Positions 27,424-35,833 are shown, numbered from the stretch's first letter. The stretch is 44,030 nucleotides of DNA from an uncultured Candidatus Saccharibacteria bacterium (GCA_964433905.1 CAYSSM010000004.1:1-44030); one strand, 5' to 3'. Translations and numbers: made by a program. Notes: generated by a model not told the origin, from the sequence alone.

Positions 27424-28092
27424 ATGAGAAGGAAAGAACAATTAAATACCAATCAGATTTATCATATTTACATCAAAAGCATTTCCGATTATAGAATATT
27501 TAATAATTCTGAAGAATTTTGTAGAATGATGGATTTATTACTTTACTATCAGATTAGAAATGAGGTTAAATATTCAGATTTTATCCAGCAAAAACAAGTT
27601 GCAGAATATGGGTTTCGTAAGTTTATTGAGATCATTTCTAAAAATAAAGAAAAGATTGTGCAGATAATTGCTTATTGTCTTATGCCTACCCATATTCATT
27701 TAATTCTTAAACAATTAGAAGAAAAAGGAATTTCGTCTTATATGGGAAGTGTGCTAAACAGCTATACACATTACTTTAATGCAAAACATAGAAGAAAAGG
27801 TCCTTTATGGGAAAGCAAATTCAAAAATATCTTGGTGATTAACGATGAACAATTAATCCATTTGACTCGTTACCTTCATCTAAACCCTACTACTGCATTT
27901 TTGACCGATAAACCGGAACAATGGTCTTTTTCTTCTTATGGAGAATATTCGTCACTAACAAACGCAAATCCTAAACTTTGCCAATACAGTGATATTTTAG
28001 AGATCAATCCACTAGAGTACAAAAAATTTGTAAACGACAGGATAGCATACCAGAAAGAATTAGCTAAAATCAAAAATTTATTACTAGATTGA
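27424..28092 (+). mobile_element. REP-associated tyrosine transposase (RAYT; Y1 HUH, IS200/IS605 superfamily)
   Basis: YHIY, AYCLMPTHIHL (HUH), GPLWESKF, YLHLNP, WSFSSY; flanked by matching palindromes. Confidence 0.93.
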
Positions 28093-28095
28093 ACC

Positions 28096-29772
28096 TTATT
28101 CAACCCGCTCCTGGAGCGGGGTTAAGGTTGCTTTAACTCTACGCACCCCAGCTGACGAGGACTCTTCTTTTATAATTTTAAAATGGCCTAAAACACCGAT
28201 TTTTTCCACATGAGGACCGCCACAAATCTCTTTGGAAAAATCACCCATAAAATATACTTTTACCTTGAAACCATATTTTTGGCCAAATTCACCGACCGCA
28301 CCACAGTTTTTAGCATCTTCAAGGCTCATTTCTTCCATTTTAACTGGCAGGTCTTCTCGGATTTTCTGATTAACAATATCTTCAACTTGTTTTAGCTGCT
28401 CATCAGTTAGTTTATCAGGATAAGAAAAATCAAATCTTAACCGTTCAGCGGTAATATTCGAACCTTTTTGATGAATATCTTCACCTAATACTTTTTTTAG
28501 GGAAGCGAGGAGCAGATGAGTGGCGGTGTGATATTTTATTTCCTGCTCTCCCCCACCAGCTAACCCGCCCTTAAACATTCCGGCCGATGCAGTACGAGAA
28601 AGATCTTGATGAGACTTAAAGGCTTGCTCAAATTGAGACTTTTCTATTTCGATACCATTTTCTTCCGCCAATTCCTCTGTCATCTCCAAAGGAAACCCAT
28701 AACTTTGATGCAAATCAAAAGCAATTTTCCCATCCAAATCATTTTTTACTTTCTCGAACTCTTTTAACCCTAGCTCTAATGTATTTCTAAACTTTGATTC
28801 TTCTTTGGTTAGCTCTTCTTCGATTATTTCTGTTTTAAAATCGTAAACATCTTTGTAAGTATTAAAAACTTCCTTTGCCAAAACTGTCGTAAAATTTTCG
28901 TTTATCCCCAGTTTCTTAGCTTTAATTACCGCCCGGCGGATTAATCTGCGAACGATGTAGCCGGCATCTTTATTCGCCGGCAAAATCCCGTCATTAATGG
29001 CAAAAACTGCTGCTTTTATGTGATCTAAAATTATTCTTTCATTAATAGGATCTTCTATTTTGAGTAATTCATACAATTTTTTACAAGGAAGCCCGAATAA
29101 ATCAGTATGAAAAACATTTTCGACATTATTAATTTTTACCAACATTCTTTCCAAGCCCATTCCAGTATCAATGCCTTTTGTTTCCAATGGACTGAATGCG
29201 CCATCTTTAACATAATATTCATTAAAAACCAGAGTCCAAACCTCAACGTCATCAATATAGACTTCTACAGCTGGACCGCATGGGCCTTCATCGCCAGTCG
29301 GTCCCCAAAAACAATCTTCACGAGGAAATTCCTTATATTTTATCTGCATCGATTCTAAGATTTGAGCCGACTCGTCATCACGAGGATTTTTATCGTCTCC
29401 TTGAAATATCGAACACCATATTTTTTCCTTATCGATGTTAAGACCATCTAAGAACTCTATTACCATTTCAATCGCTTCTTTTTTAAAATACCCTCCAAAT
29501 GAAAAGTTACCGAGCATTTCAAAAAAAGTTAAGTGAGTATTGTCGCCAACCTCTTCAATATCGGAAGTTCTAATACAAGGTTGGCATGTTACGACATTTT
29601 TAGCAGGAGCGTTTTCAGAATTTGTATAATAAGGCTTAAATTGTTGCATGCCGGCAGTCGTAAACAAAACAGACGGATCGTTTTCAGGAATTAGACTAGC
29701 GGGAGGTAATTTTTTGTGATCTTTACTTTCAAAAAAATCTAAAAATTTTTGGCGCAATTGAAATGAGTTCAT
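28096..29772 (-). CDS. alaS: Alanine--tRNA ligase, short form lacking the C-Ala domain
   Basis: LFTTAGMQ, HLTFFEMLGNFSFG, DTGMGLER, HTATHLL, EICGGPHV. Confidence 0.97.
   Translation of the reverse strand: MNSFQLRQKFLDFFESKDHKKLPPASLIPENDPSVLFTTAGMQQFKPYYTNSENAPAKNVVTCQPCIRTSDIEEVGDNTHLTFFEMLGNFSFGGYFKKEAIEMVIEFLDGLNIDKEKIWCSIFQGDDKNPRDDESAQILESMQIKYKEFPREDCFWGPTGDEGPCGPAVEVYIDDVEVWTLVFNEYYVKDGAFSPLETKGIDTGMGLERMLVKINNVENVFHTDLFGLPCKKLYELLKIEDPINERIILDHIKAAVFAINDGILPANKDAGYIVRRLIRRAVIKAKKLGINENFTTVLAKEVFNTYKDVYDFKTEIIEEELTKEESKFRNTLELGLKEFEKVKNDLDGKIAFDLHQSYGFPLEMTEELAEENGIEIEKSQFEQAFKSHQDLSRTASAGMFKGGLAGGGEQEIKYHTATHLLLASLKKVLGEDIHQKGSNITAERLRFDFSYPDKLTDEQLKQVEDIVNQKIREDLPVKMEEMSLEDAKNCGAVGEFGQKYGFKVKVYFMGDFSKEICGGPHVEKIGVLGHFKIIKEESSSAGVRRVKATLTPLQERVE
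28104..28120. repeat. REP palindrome downstream of RAYT, within the last codons of alaS
   Basis: cccgctcctggagcggg inside a longer aacctt...aaggtt hairpin. Confidence 0.9.
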
Positions 29773-30389
29773 TGATTACCTAAAATTAATTTTTTAACAT
29801 AATCGGAAATATTTCTAAAACCAATCGTCGCCGGATTTCTTTTCTCGGAAGCAACTTGCGAATACCACGAACCATAAACCTTATTATACATTTCTTCAGC
29901 ACCCTTGACTTTCTGAATAAAAAAGACTGTCTCATAAGGAAGAGCTGCACCGCTATCCTTGTACTTGTCCGCCCGGCTGACACCGGCATTATAGGCCGCT
30001 AACACTAAATCGGTATTGTCGGAGTATTTATCCATTAGTCCCCGTAAATACCATGTGCCATATTTGATATTAGTGTCTGGGTCGCGCAAATTACCCGTAG
30101 GCTCACCAATTTCTGAAGCTATTGAATCGGCTGTCCTTGGCATAACTTGCATTAGTCCCACTGCTCCGGCGCCGGAAACAGAATCTTTATTAAACCTACT
30201 TTCAGTATAAATTACCGCGGCGACAAAATTAGGACGTAAATTTCGCTCTTCAGAGTATTTTTTTATTAAGTCTTTGTAATCAAGCGGATACAATATTTCT
30301 CCCCAAACATGAGGAAAAAAGAAATAAAAGATCGCCAAAAGTGCAACAGTGACAAAACTGACAATTATAAATTTTATCGTTCTTTTCAT
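29769..30389 (-). CDS. Lytic transglycosylase, SLT domain
   Basis: AVIYTESRF, GAVGLMQVMPRTA, LAAYNAG. Confidence 0.95.
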   Translation of the reverse strand: MKRTIKFIIVSFVTVALLAIFYFFFPHVWGEILYPLDYKDLIKKYSEERNLRPNFVAAVIYTESRFNKDSVSGAGAVGLMQVMPRTADSIASEIGEPTGNLRDPDTNIKYGTWYLRGLMDKYSDNTDLVLAAYNAGVSRADKYKDSGAALPYETVFFIQKVKGAEEMYNKVYGSWYSQVASEKRNPATIGFRNISDYVKKLILGNQ

Positions 30390-30433
30390 ACTCTTATACT
30401 AACAGTTAATAATTCTGCCGCCAAACTTATCTC

Positions 30434-30510
30434 TGATGCCCGAGATCGGACTCCCTCCTACATCCTTACTGATCTACTTTCAGTGCGGACTACGGCGGGA
30501 AAGCGGACTT
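30434..30510 (-). pseudogene. Degenerate tRNA 3' half with T-loop interrupted by palindromic element
   Basis: Minus strand gtccg[insert 30453-30503]agtccgatctcgggcatca; aligns with 35634-35704. Confidence 0.6.
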
Positions 30511-30529
30511 TCACTTTCTTATTCTGATG

Positions 30530-30614
30530 TGCCGCGGGTGGGATTCGAACCCACATGAGCGATGAAGCTCACAGCATTTTAAGTGCTGCGCGTAAACCGT
30601 TCCGCCACCGCGGC
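30530..30614 (-). tRNA. tRNA-Leu(TAA), CCA not encoded
   Basis: GCCGCGG/CCGCGGC acceptor, CAGCA-CT TAA AA-TGCTG, long variable arm, TTCGAAT. Confidence 0.95.
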
Positions 30615-30642
30615 AAAATATATTTTAATTATACCCTGAAAA

Positions 30643-31602
30643 CTACTTTAAAACAATCTCCCAATTTTTGCCATTGAGTTTTAAATCGGCCGAAACTGTA
30701 AAACCAGCGGCTTTCTTGTGGCCGCCGCCGCCGAAAAGCTTGGCAATTTTTGAAACATCAACATCATCTTTTTCGGTTCTGATGGAAGCGCGGATCTGGC
30801 CATCGGGAGTTTCGAAAAATAAAACCGCCGCTTTCGAATCGGGAATTGAATTCATCAGATTAACCACTCCTGTTAAATCGTAGTATGTCGCCTTACATGT
30901 CGCCAAATCCTTGAGCGTAATTACCGATGAGACAAAACCCAAATCTTGATTTTTATGTATTCTTGAAAGCGCAATCCCCCAGAGTTTGAGTGAAGCGATA
31001 CTTTTATTTAAAGATACATTGCGGGTAATTTCTTTAAGACGAGCGCCATAGTTAAGTAATTCCGAAGAAATTTTCAGCGTTTCGGGCGAAGTGTTCGAAT
31101 GCTTAAAACCACCAGTATCAGTATATATCCCAGTTAAAATCGCGGTGGCGATATCGCGCGTAATCGGAACATTCATTTCTTTAATTAGTTGCCAAACAAT
31201 TTCCGATACGGAGGAGGCTTTTTGATCAACAAGATTCAAATTAGCAATTTTCCACAAATCATTTTTAGGATGATGATCAATATTTATTAAATTACGATAA
31301 TTCTTGGCAAATTTTTTAAGTCTCTCGGGAAAACCGGTTCTTTTTAAATCACCGCAATCAATAATTACAATAACTTCAAAATCGCCGAAAAGAACATCCT
31401 TTTGAATTTTTGAGACCTCTTTTAAAAACAAAAAAGGTTGCGGAATAGAATCTTTGCACACCATTGAAGTCTCTTTCCCCAACTCTTTTAAAACCATAAA
31501 CATTGCTACCGTTGCCGCCAAAGTATCGCCGTCGGGATCTTCGTGGATCATTAATAAAATCTTTTGGTAATTTTTAATCTTTGAAATAACTTTATGAAAC
31601 AT
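30643..31602 (-). CDS. nrnA: DHH/DHHA1 phosphoesterase NrnA
   Basis: HEDPDGD, IDHH, TDTGGF, GGGGHKKAAG. Confidence 0.93.
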   Translation of the reverse strand: MFHKVISKIKNYQKILLMIHEDPDGDTLAATVAMFMVLKELGKETSMVCKDSIPQPFLFLKEVSKIQKDVLFGDFEVIVIIDCGDLKRTGFPERLKKFAKNYRNLINIDHHPKNDLWKIANLNLVDQKASSVSEIVWQLIKEMNVPITRDIATAILTGIYTDTGGFKHSNTSPETLKISSELLNYGARLKEITRNVSLNKSIASLKLWGIALSRIHKNQDLGFVSSVITLKDLATCKATYYDLTGVVNLMNSIPDSKAAVLFFETPDGQIRASIRTEKDDVDVSKIAKLFGGGGHKKAAGFTVSADLKLNGKNWEIVLK

Positions 31603-32065
31603 TGAGGACCATAACTTTTCTTTCTTCGTTGGGTAATTCAGTAAAAGAAAATTTATATTGATCCGCCCCTTCTTGTGAAACGCCTTCTTCGCGCAAAAAA
31701 CTGTCTAAATTTTCAGAATACATAGGGATGACCACGGCCGGATCAATTTGATTAATCACATCCATAGCCATTTTTGTTTCAGTAAACTCGCCCCCGCCGA
31801 CGCCGATTATTAAAACATTGATACCATTTAATTTTTCCAACTCTTCATTGGTCAGAATTTTCGCTTTTTTGATCCAAGCGATTGTCATCTTTTCAGATAA
31901 AATTTCCGTAATGCCGTCGATAACTTCAAGCTGAACCCCGCCTGATTCGTATTCACCAGGGTTGGAAATTTTCATCTCGCCTAAGCTTATTTCTTGACCA
32001 ATTTTGACTGTTTTGCTTTTAGTCTTGATGGTAAAATTTTCTTCGCCGTTGTAACTAATAATCAT
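31592..32065 (-). CDS. Degenerate MBL-fold protein
   Basis: PGEYESGGV, LIIGVGG, QIDPAVVIPM; metal-binding histidines absent. Confidence 0.7.
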   Translation of the reverse strand: MIISYNGEENFTIKTKSKTVKIGQEISLGEMKISNPGEYESGGVQLEVIDGITEILSEKMTIAWIKKAKILTNEELEKLNGINVLIIGVGGGEFTETKMAMDVINQIDPAVVIPMYSENLDSFLREEGVSQEGADQYKFSFTELPNEERKVMVLNVS

Positions 32066-33222
32066 TTTTTCACCTTTTTGGTTTTAGCTTTTGATGTAAT
32101 TTTGGATGTTGTTTTTGATTGGATCTTTTTATCGTCTTGTTTTACAAGATCCTTCATCGACAAACTTAACTTATGTAATTCCGGCTCGATCGAAATAATT
32201 CTGAATTTATACGATTTTCCTTCTTCGACTTTTTCTTTTGGATCGGAAACTTTTTCTCCTAACTCGGAAATATGAACTAAACCGTCTAAACTGCCAACTT
32301 TTACGAAAGCCCCAAAAGGAGTGATTTTGGTTATGCTACCGGGAATTTCATCACCAACCTTAAACCCTTCCGATTCTTTTAGCCATGGATCTGGCTGAAG
32401 TTTTTTTATTGATAAAGAAAGTCGATTATTGTCGGTGGAAATTACTTCAACATCAATCTTATGGCCAATTTTGAAAAGATTGTTTAAATCTTCAACATGG
32501 TCCCAAGAAACTTCAGAAATATGGATTAATCCTTCCATTTCTTCTTCAACATCAGGCAATATCACTTTAACAAAAAGACCAAAATTAACAATTCCTGTTA
32601 TTTCGCCCGTCAACTTTTGGCCGATTTTAATTTTTGTTAATTTCTCTTGCCAAATTAAATCACCCGCGGCTTTTTCGGAAAATATTAATTTTCCCGACCC
32701 GGGTTCAAAATTTAATATTTTAACTCGAAAATTCTGACCAACTAAACTGTGTAATTTTTTATATATTTCATCGCGATCGCCGGAATTAACTTTTGGATAA
32801 TGCGATGTGGTCAGTTGTGAAACAGGCAAAAAACCTTCAAAATCACCAAATTGGCAAATTAATCCACCTTTATTGGCAGAACTGGCTTTGACTTGCAAAA
32901 CATCACCGGTCTCAAATTTTGTCGCTAAGAGCTTGCTGATTCTTTCTTTATCGGCTCGGCGTAAAGACAAAATGACATAGCCATCGTCGTTTTCAACCGT
33001 CAAAACATAGGCCAAAATCTTGTCACCAACTTTTAGGTCACCCATGTCCGGTGAAAATTCTTGTTCGGGAATTATTCCTAAAGATAAACCGCCCACATCA
33101 ACTAAAATTTTATTTTTTAGACTTTGTAAAATTTTAACCTCAAATAGTTCGTTTTCTTTAATTGAGATTAAACGATTGCCGGCGGCAGCAACTAAATCCT
33201 GCATTGTTTGGGGTTTACTCAT
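32062..33222 (-). CDS. rpsA: 30S ribosomal protein S1 (four S1 domains)
   Basis: EGFLPVSQL, FGLFV..EGLIHISE, FGAFV..DGLVHISE, LSLSIK. Confidence 0.92.
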   Translation of the reverse strand: MSKPQTMQDLVAAAGNRLISIKENELFEVKILQSLKNKILVDVGGLSLGIIPEQEFSPDMGDLKVGDKILAYVLTVENDDGYVILSLRRADKERISKLLATKFETGDVLQVKASSANKGGLICQFGDFEGFLPVSQLTTSHYPKVNSGDRDEIYKKLHSLVGQNFRVKILNFEPGSGKLIFSEKAAGDLIWQEKLTKIKIGQKLTGEITGIVNFGLFVKVILPDVEEEMEGLIHISEVSWDHVEDLNNLFKIGHKIDVEVISTDNNRLSLSIKKLQPDPWLKESEGFKVGDEIPGSITKITPFGAFVKVGSLDGLVHISELGEKVSDPKEKVEEGKSYKFRIISIEPELHKLSLSMKDLVKQDDKKIQSKTTSKITSKAKTKKVKK

Positions 33223-33248
33223 TGATCACCTTTCTTATCCCTCCATTG

Positions 33249-33665
33249 TTATGGTAAATATTTGTTATAAATTTGTTCTTCGCGGAATTTATTAATTTTT
33301 TGAGGTAGAATTTTAAAATAAAAATAAAGTAAATAAATTGACCAGATGATAAAAACTAATATCAATATTAACAGAAATAAACGGCTACCTAAATATGGAA
33401 TTTGCTGAAAACGAAAGAAAATTAATACCAAACCTGAAATACCCGTATAGAAAAAAATATTGAAAAACCGTCCTTGTAAACTGCTCAAAACCGGCAGATT
33501 TTTCTTTTTCTTGCCGTAAATAAACCAAAAAACAATGGCTAAAACAATAAACAACCCGAAAACAATCGCAAGATAAAGATAATCTGAATTGGCTGACGGC
33601 GTTTTTTCAAAAATGTAAGAAGGCTCGAATAACTTTTTGGGATTAATATTTTTAAACAATTCCAT
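33249..33665 (-). CDS. Three-helix membrane protein, hypothetical
   Basis: Hydrophobic helices, FFRFQQIPYLGSR, C-terminal KYLP. Confidence 0.75.
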   Translation of the reverse strand: MELFKNINPKKLFEPSYIFEKTPSANSDYLYLAIVFGLFIVLAIVFWFIYGKKKKNLPVLSSLQGRFFNIFFYTGISGLVLIFFRFQQIPYLGSRLFLLILILVFIIWSIYLLYFYFKILPQKINKFREEQIYNKYLP

Positions 33666-33735
33666 AGCGATGTCTCATATTGATATCTGAAACAATGGAC
33701 AGACTCTCAATACCACTATATGCATGCCAACAAAT

Positions 33736-33905
33736 TGCCGGGTCGCAGAATCGGACTGCGTACACGTTGACATGCGTGCCGACTTTTGCCTATGCCTGGG
33801 GCGAGGATCGAACTCGCGACACCATGATTTTCAGTCATGTGCTCTACCACTGAGCTACCCAGGCAAAAGTCACAGTCAACTGCTCTACCAATGAGCTAAC
33901 CCGGC
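33736..33905 (-). pseudogene. tRNA-like shell whose anticodon loop contains an intact tRNA-Phe
   Basis: GCCGGGT TA GCTC ATTGGTA GAGC A GTTGA [insert] TCAAC GTGTA CGCAG TCCGATT CTGCG ACCCGGC A; all four stems pair. Confidence 0.8.
33793..33864 (-). tRNA. tRNA-Phe(GAA), CCA not encoded
   Basis: GCCTGGG/CCCAGGC, CATGA-CT GAA AA-TCATG, GCGAG TTCGATC CTCGC. Confidence 0.95.
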
Positions 33906-33915
33906 AATTTGTTGG

Positions 33916-34060
33916 CAGCCATGTGCGATATTTATCCGCCAAAATCCGCACTGTAAGCAGAGGATACAATCCTCGTTCGAGTCTGAGCCTGAAGGCTCAT
34001 CCCTCAGAGTCGAAGACCTTTTACAGTAAGGATGTCGGCGGACCACTGAGCTACCCAGGC
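33916..34060 (-). pseudogene. 5' half of a second tRNA-Phe copy with D-loop interrupted by a composite palindromic element (33935-34042)
   Basis: GCCTGGGTAGCTCAGTGGT (34060-34042) identical to the tRNA-Phe 5' end; resumes as GCACATGGCTG (33926-33916) versus GCACATGACTG. Confidence 0.7.
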
Positions 34061-34197
34061 AAATATAGTTACAAGTTAAAAGTTACAAAAGAAAAAACAA
34101 TTTTCTTTGTATCTTGCATCGTATAACATATAACTTGTAATTAGGAGGCTGATATTTAAATCTATTTTATAATAGCAGAAAAATAATTTTATATCAA

Positions 34198-34272
34198 TGG
34201 TGGCCGCTGCAGGATTCGAACCTGCGACTTTCTCGATGTAAACGAGACACTCTACCGCTGAGTTAAGCGGCC
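34198..34272 (-). tRNA. tRNA-Val(TAC)
   Basis: GGCCGCT/AGCGGCC ACCA, TCTCG-TT TAC AT-CGAGA. Confidence 0.97.
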
Positions 34273-34277
34273 ATAAT

Positions 34278-34856
34278 TTATTTATTTTCTATTGTTATTT
34301 TTTCAATTTTATCACCGACGGCAATTTTTTTAACCACATCCATTCCTGAAATTACCTGACCAAAAAGACTATATTGTTTTGGAAGAGTAGGTTGATCGTC
34401 TAAACAAATGAAAAACTGCGAACCATTAGTATTGGGACCGGAATTAGCCATCGCAACCGTCCCCGCTTTGTATTCACCTTCAACTTTTTCATCGTCAAAT
34501 TCATATCCCGGACCGCCGGTGCCATCGCCTTTTGGATCTCCCCCCTGAATAACAAACCCTGGCACAACCCGATGGAAAGTTAACCCATCGTAAAAACCTT
34601 TTTGAGCCAAGTAAATAAAGTTGCTGACAGTTATCGGCGCCTTATTGGCAAATAGCTCAAATTCGATTGTGCCTTTACCAGTTTTAACCACCGCTTTTTT
34701 GTTTTGAATCATTTCGCCCGATAAAAGTCCCGGGAATTCATAAGTCATATTACTCTCCTTTAGATTTACAGAATCCGATTTATTTTTATTACTAAAACCA
34801 TAATAAATAATTACCCCAACGATTAAAAGTATAATTATTATGCCAATATTTTTCAT
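34278..34856 (-). CDS. Cyclophilin-type peptidyl-prolyl isomerase, membrane anchored
   Basis: FYDGLTFHRVVPGFVIQGGDP, AMANSGPNTNGSQFFI. Confidence 0.96.
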   Translation of the reverse strand: MKNIGIIIILLIVGVIIYYGFSNKNKSDSVNLKESNMTYEFPGLLSGEMIQNKKAVVKTGKGTIEFELFANKAPITVSNFIYLAQKGFYDGLTFHRVVPGFVIQGGDPKGDGTGGPGYEFDDEKVEGEYKAGTVAMANSGPNTNGSQFFICLDDQPTLPKQYSLFGQVISGMDVVKKIAVGDKIEKITIENK

Positions 34857-34878
34857 AAGTATAAATCCATGGTTGACA

Positions 34879-34964
34879 CCCTGTGGTCTTTGCCACAGTT
34901 CAATATTTTATCAATAAAATGTTTTCATCTTTTATTTTAACGCCCTGCGGTCTCTGCCGCAGGG
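34879..34964. repeat. Pair of related palindromes in direct orientation
   Basis: ccctgtggtctttgccacag and ccctgcggtctctgccgcaggg. Confidence 0.7.
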
Positions 34965-34995
34965 GGATTTACAAGTAATTGTAGGATGTTAAACG

Positions 34996-35082
34996 TGGTG
35001 CCCAGGACAGGACTTGAACCTGCACGGGCTTGCGCCCATAGCCACCTCAAGGCTACGCGTATACCGATTCCGCCACCTGGGC
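34996..35082 (-). tRNA. tRNA-Leu(GAG)
   Basis: GCCCAGG/CCTGGGC ACCA, TAGCC-TT GAG GT-GGCTA, long variable arm. Confidence 0.96.
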
Positions 35083-35236
35083 ATCTATTATGATTATACC
35101 TTAAAAAAGTGTTTTTTTCAACTTAAAAATGCTCTATTCTCAAGACAAGAACCTGCTTCGCAGAACTTGTTTCTCAATTTACTTAAAATAGTTCGAAGAT
35201 GCCTGACTAACAGACAGGCAAAATGTGACTGGTAGT

Positions 35237-35578
35237 TTATACGCCTGTCATTCTAAGCTTTTTTTCCAAAACTAAAACTCTCTTCTCTAGCTTCTCGTAT
35301 TCTTCATAGTCAACTTTTCTTTTAAGCATTCCCTTGATCATCTCAATGTTTTCCGTATTAAGAGCCGTCATTTCCATAATCGCATCTAATTTTTTAAATA
35401 TCTCATTAAACTTTTTTGTATGATCAACTTGCACTTCAACGATAATTTTTAAACGACTGTCAAACTCCTCCAAAAGCATTTTCTGATGTCGTTGCATCTC
35501 TACCGTTTGTGTAGTCAAGTTCTCATTAATATGCTTGGTTTGGTCATCTAATAATTTTTTGAACGTTTTATCTTCCAT
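35237..35578 (-). CDS. Hypothetical coiled-coil protein
   Basis: 113 aa, GGAG RBS, KRKVDYEEYEKLEKRVLVLE heptads. Confidence 0.75.
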   Translation of the reverse strand: MEDKTFKKLLDDQTKHINENLTTQTVEMQRHQKMLLEEFDSRLKIIVEVQVDHTKKFNEIFKKLDAIMEMTALNTENIEMIKGMLKRKVDYEEYEKLEKRVLVLEKKLRMTGV

Positions 35579-35633
35579 ATTGGTCTCCTGATTTTAACAA
35601 TATTCTATTTAGAAAATGATGTCAATTTCCAAC

Positions 35634-35828
35634 TGGTGCCCGGGAGAGGACTCCCTCCTGCGTCCTCTGCTTGCAGTGCGGACTTCGGTAGGGCAAGCGA
35701 ACCCATACTTGCAGATTCGTATATGCCAGTGGTGGGATTCGAACCCACAATCCTTGCGGAACACGGCTCTGAACCGTGCGCGTATGCCAATTCCGCCACG
35801 CTGGCATGCATTATTCCAGCACCCGGGC
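35634..35828 (-). pseudogene. Degenerate tRNA-Leu-like shell enclosing intact tRNA-Leu(CAG)
   Basis: 5' GCCCGGGTGCTGGAAT (35828-35813); 3' GGGTTCG[insert]AGTCCTCTCCCGGGCACCA; perfect 7-bp acceptor stem. Confidence 0.8.
35724..35805 (-). tRNA. tRNA-Leu(CAG), CCA not encoded
   Basis: GCCAGCG/CACTGGC (one mismatch), CACGG-TT CAG AG-CCGTG, GTGGG TTCGAAT CCCAC. Confidence 0.93.
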
Positions 35829-35833
35829 AGATT

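Noticed and set aside
27199-27441. 80-aa ORF upstream of the RAYT
   Set aside because: Antisense across the REP and promoter region, with no recognisable protein features.
28150-28160. agctgacgagg match to the 21843 repeat inside alaS
   Set aside because: Only 11 nt and it encodes part of the conserved ESSSAGVRR motif; chance similarity.
33771-33874. Group I intron in the anticodon loop of the tRNA shell
   Set aside because: The insert is only about 100 nt, mostly an intact tRNA, with no recognisable group I core; no splice choice I tried restores a canonical 7-nt anticodon loop.
33846-34063. attL/attR of a prophage or island from the 22-bp tRNA-Phe duplication
   Set aside because: Copies are under 200 bp apart, duplicate the 5' end rather than the usual 3' end, and no integrase is present.
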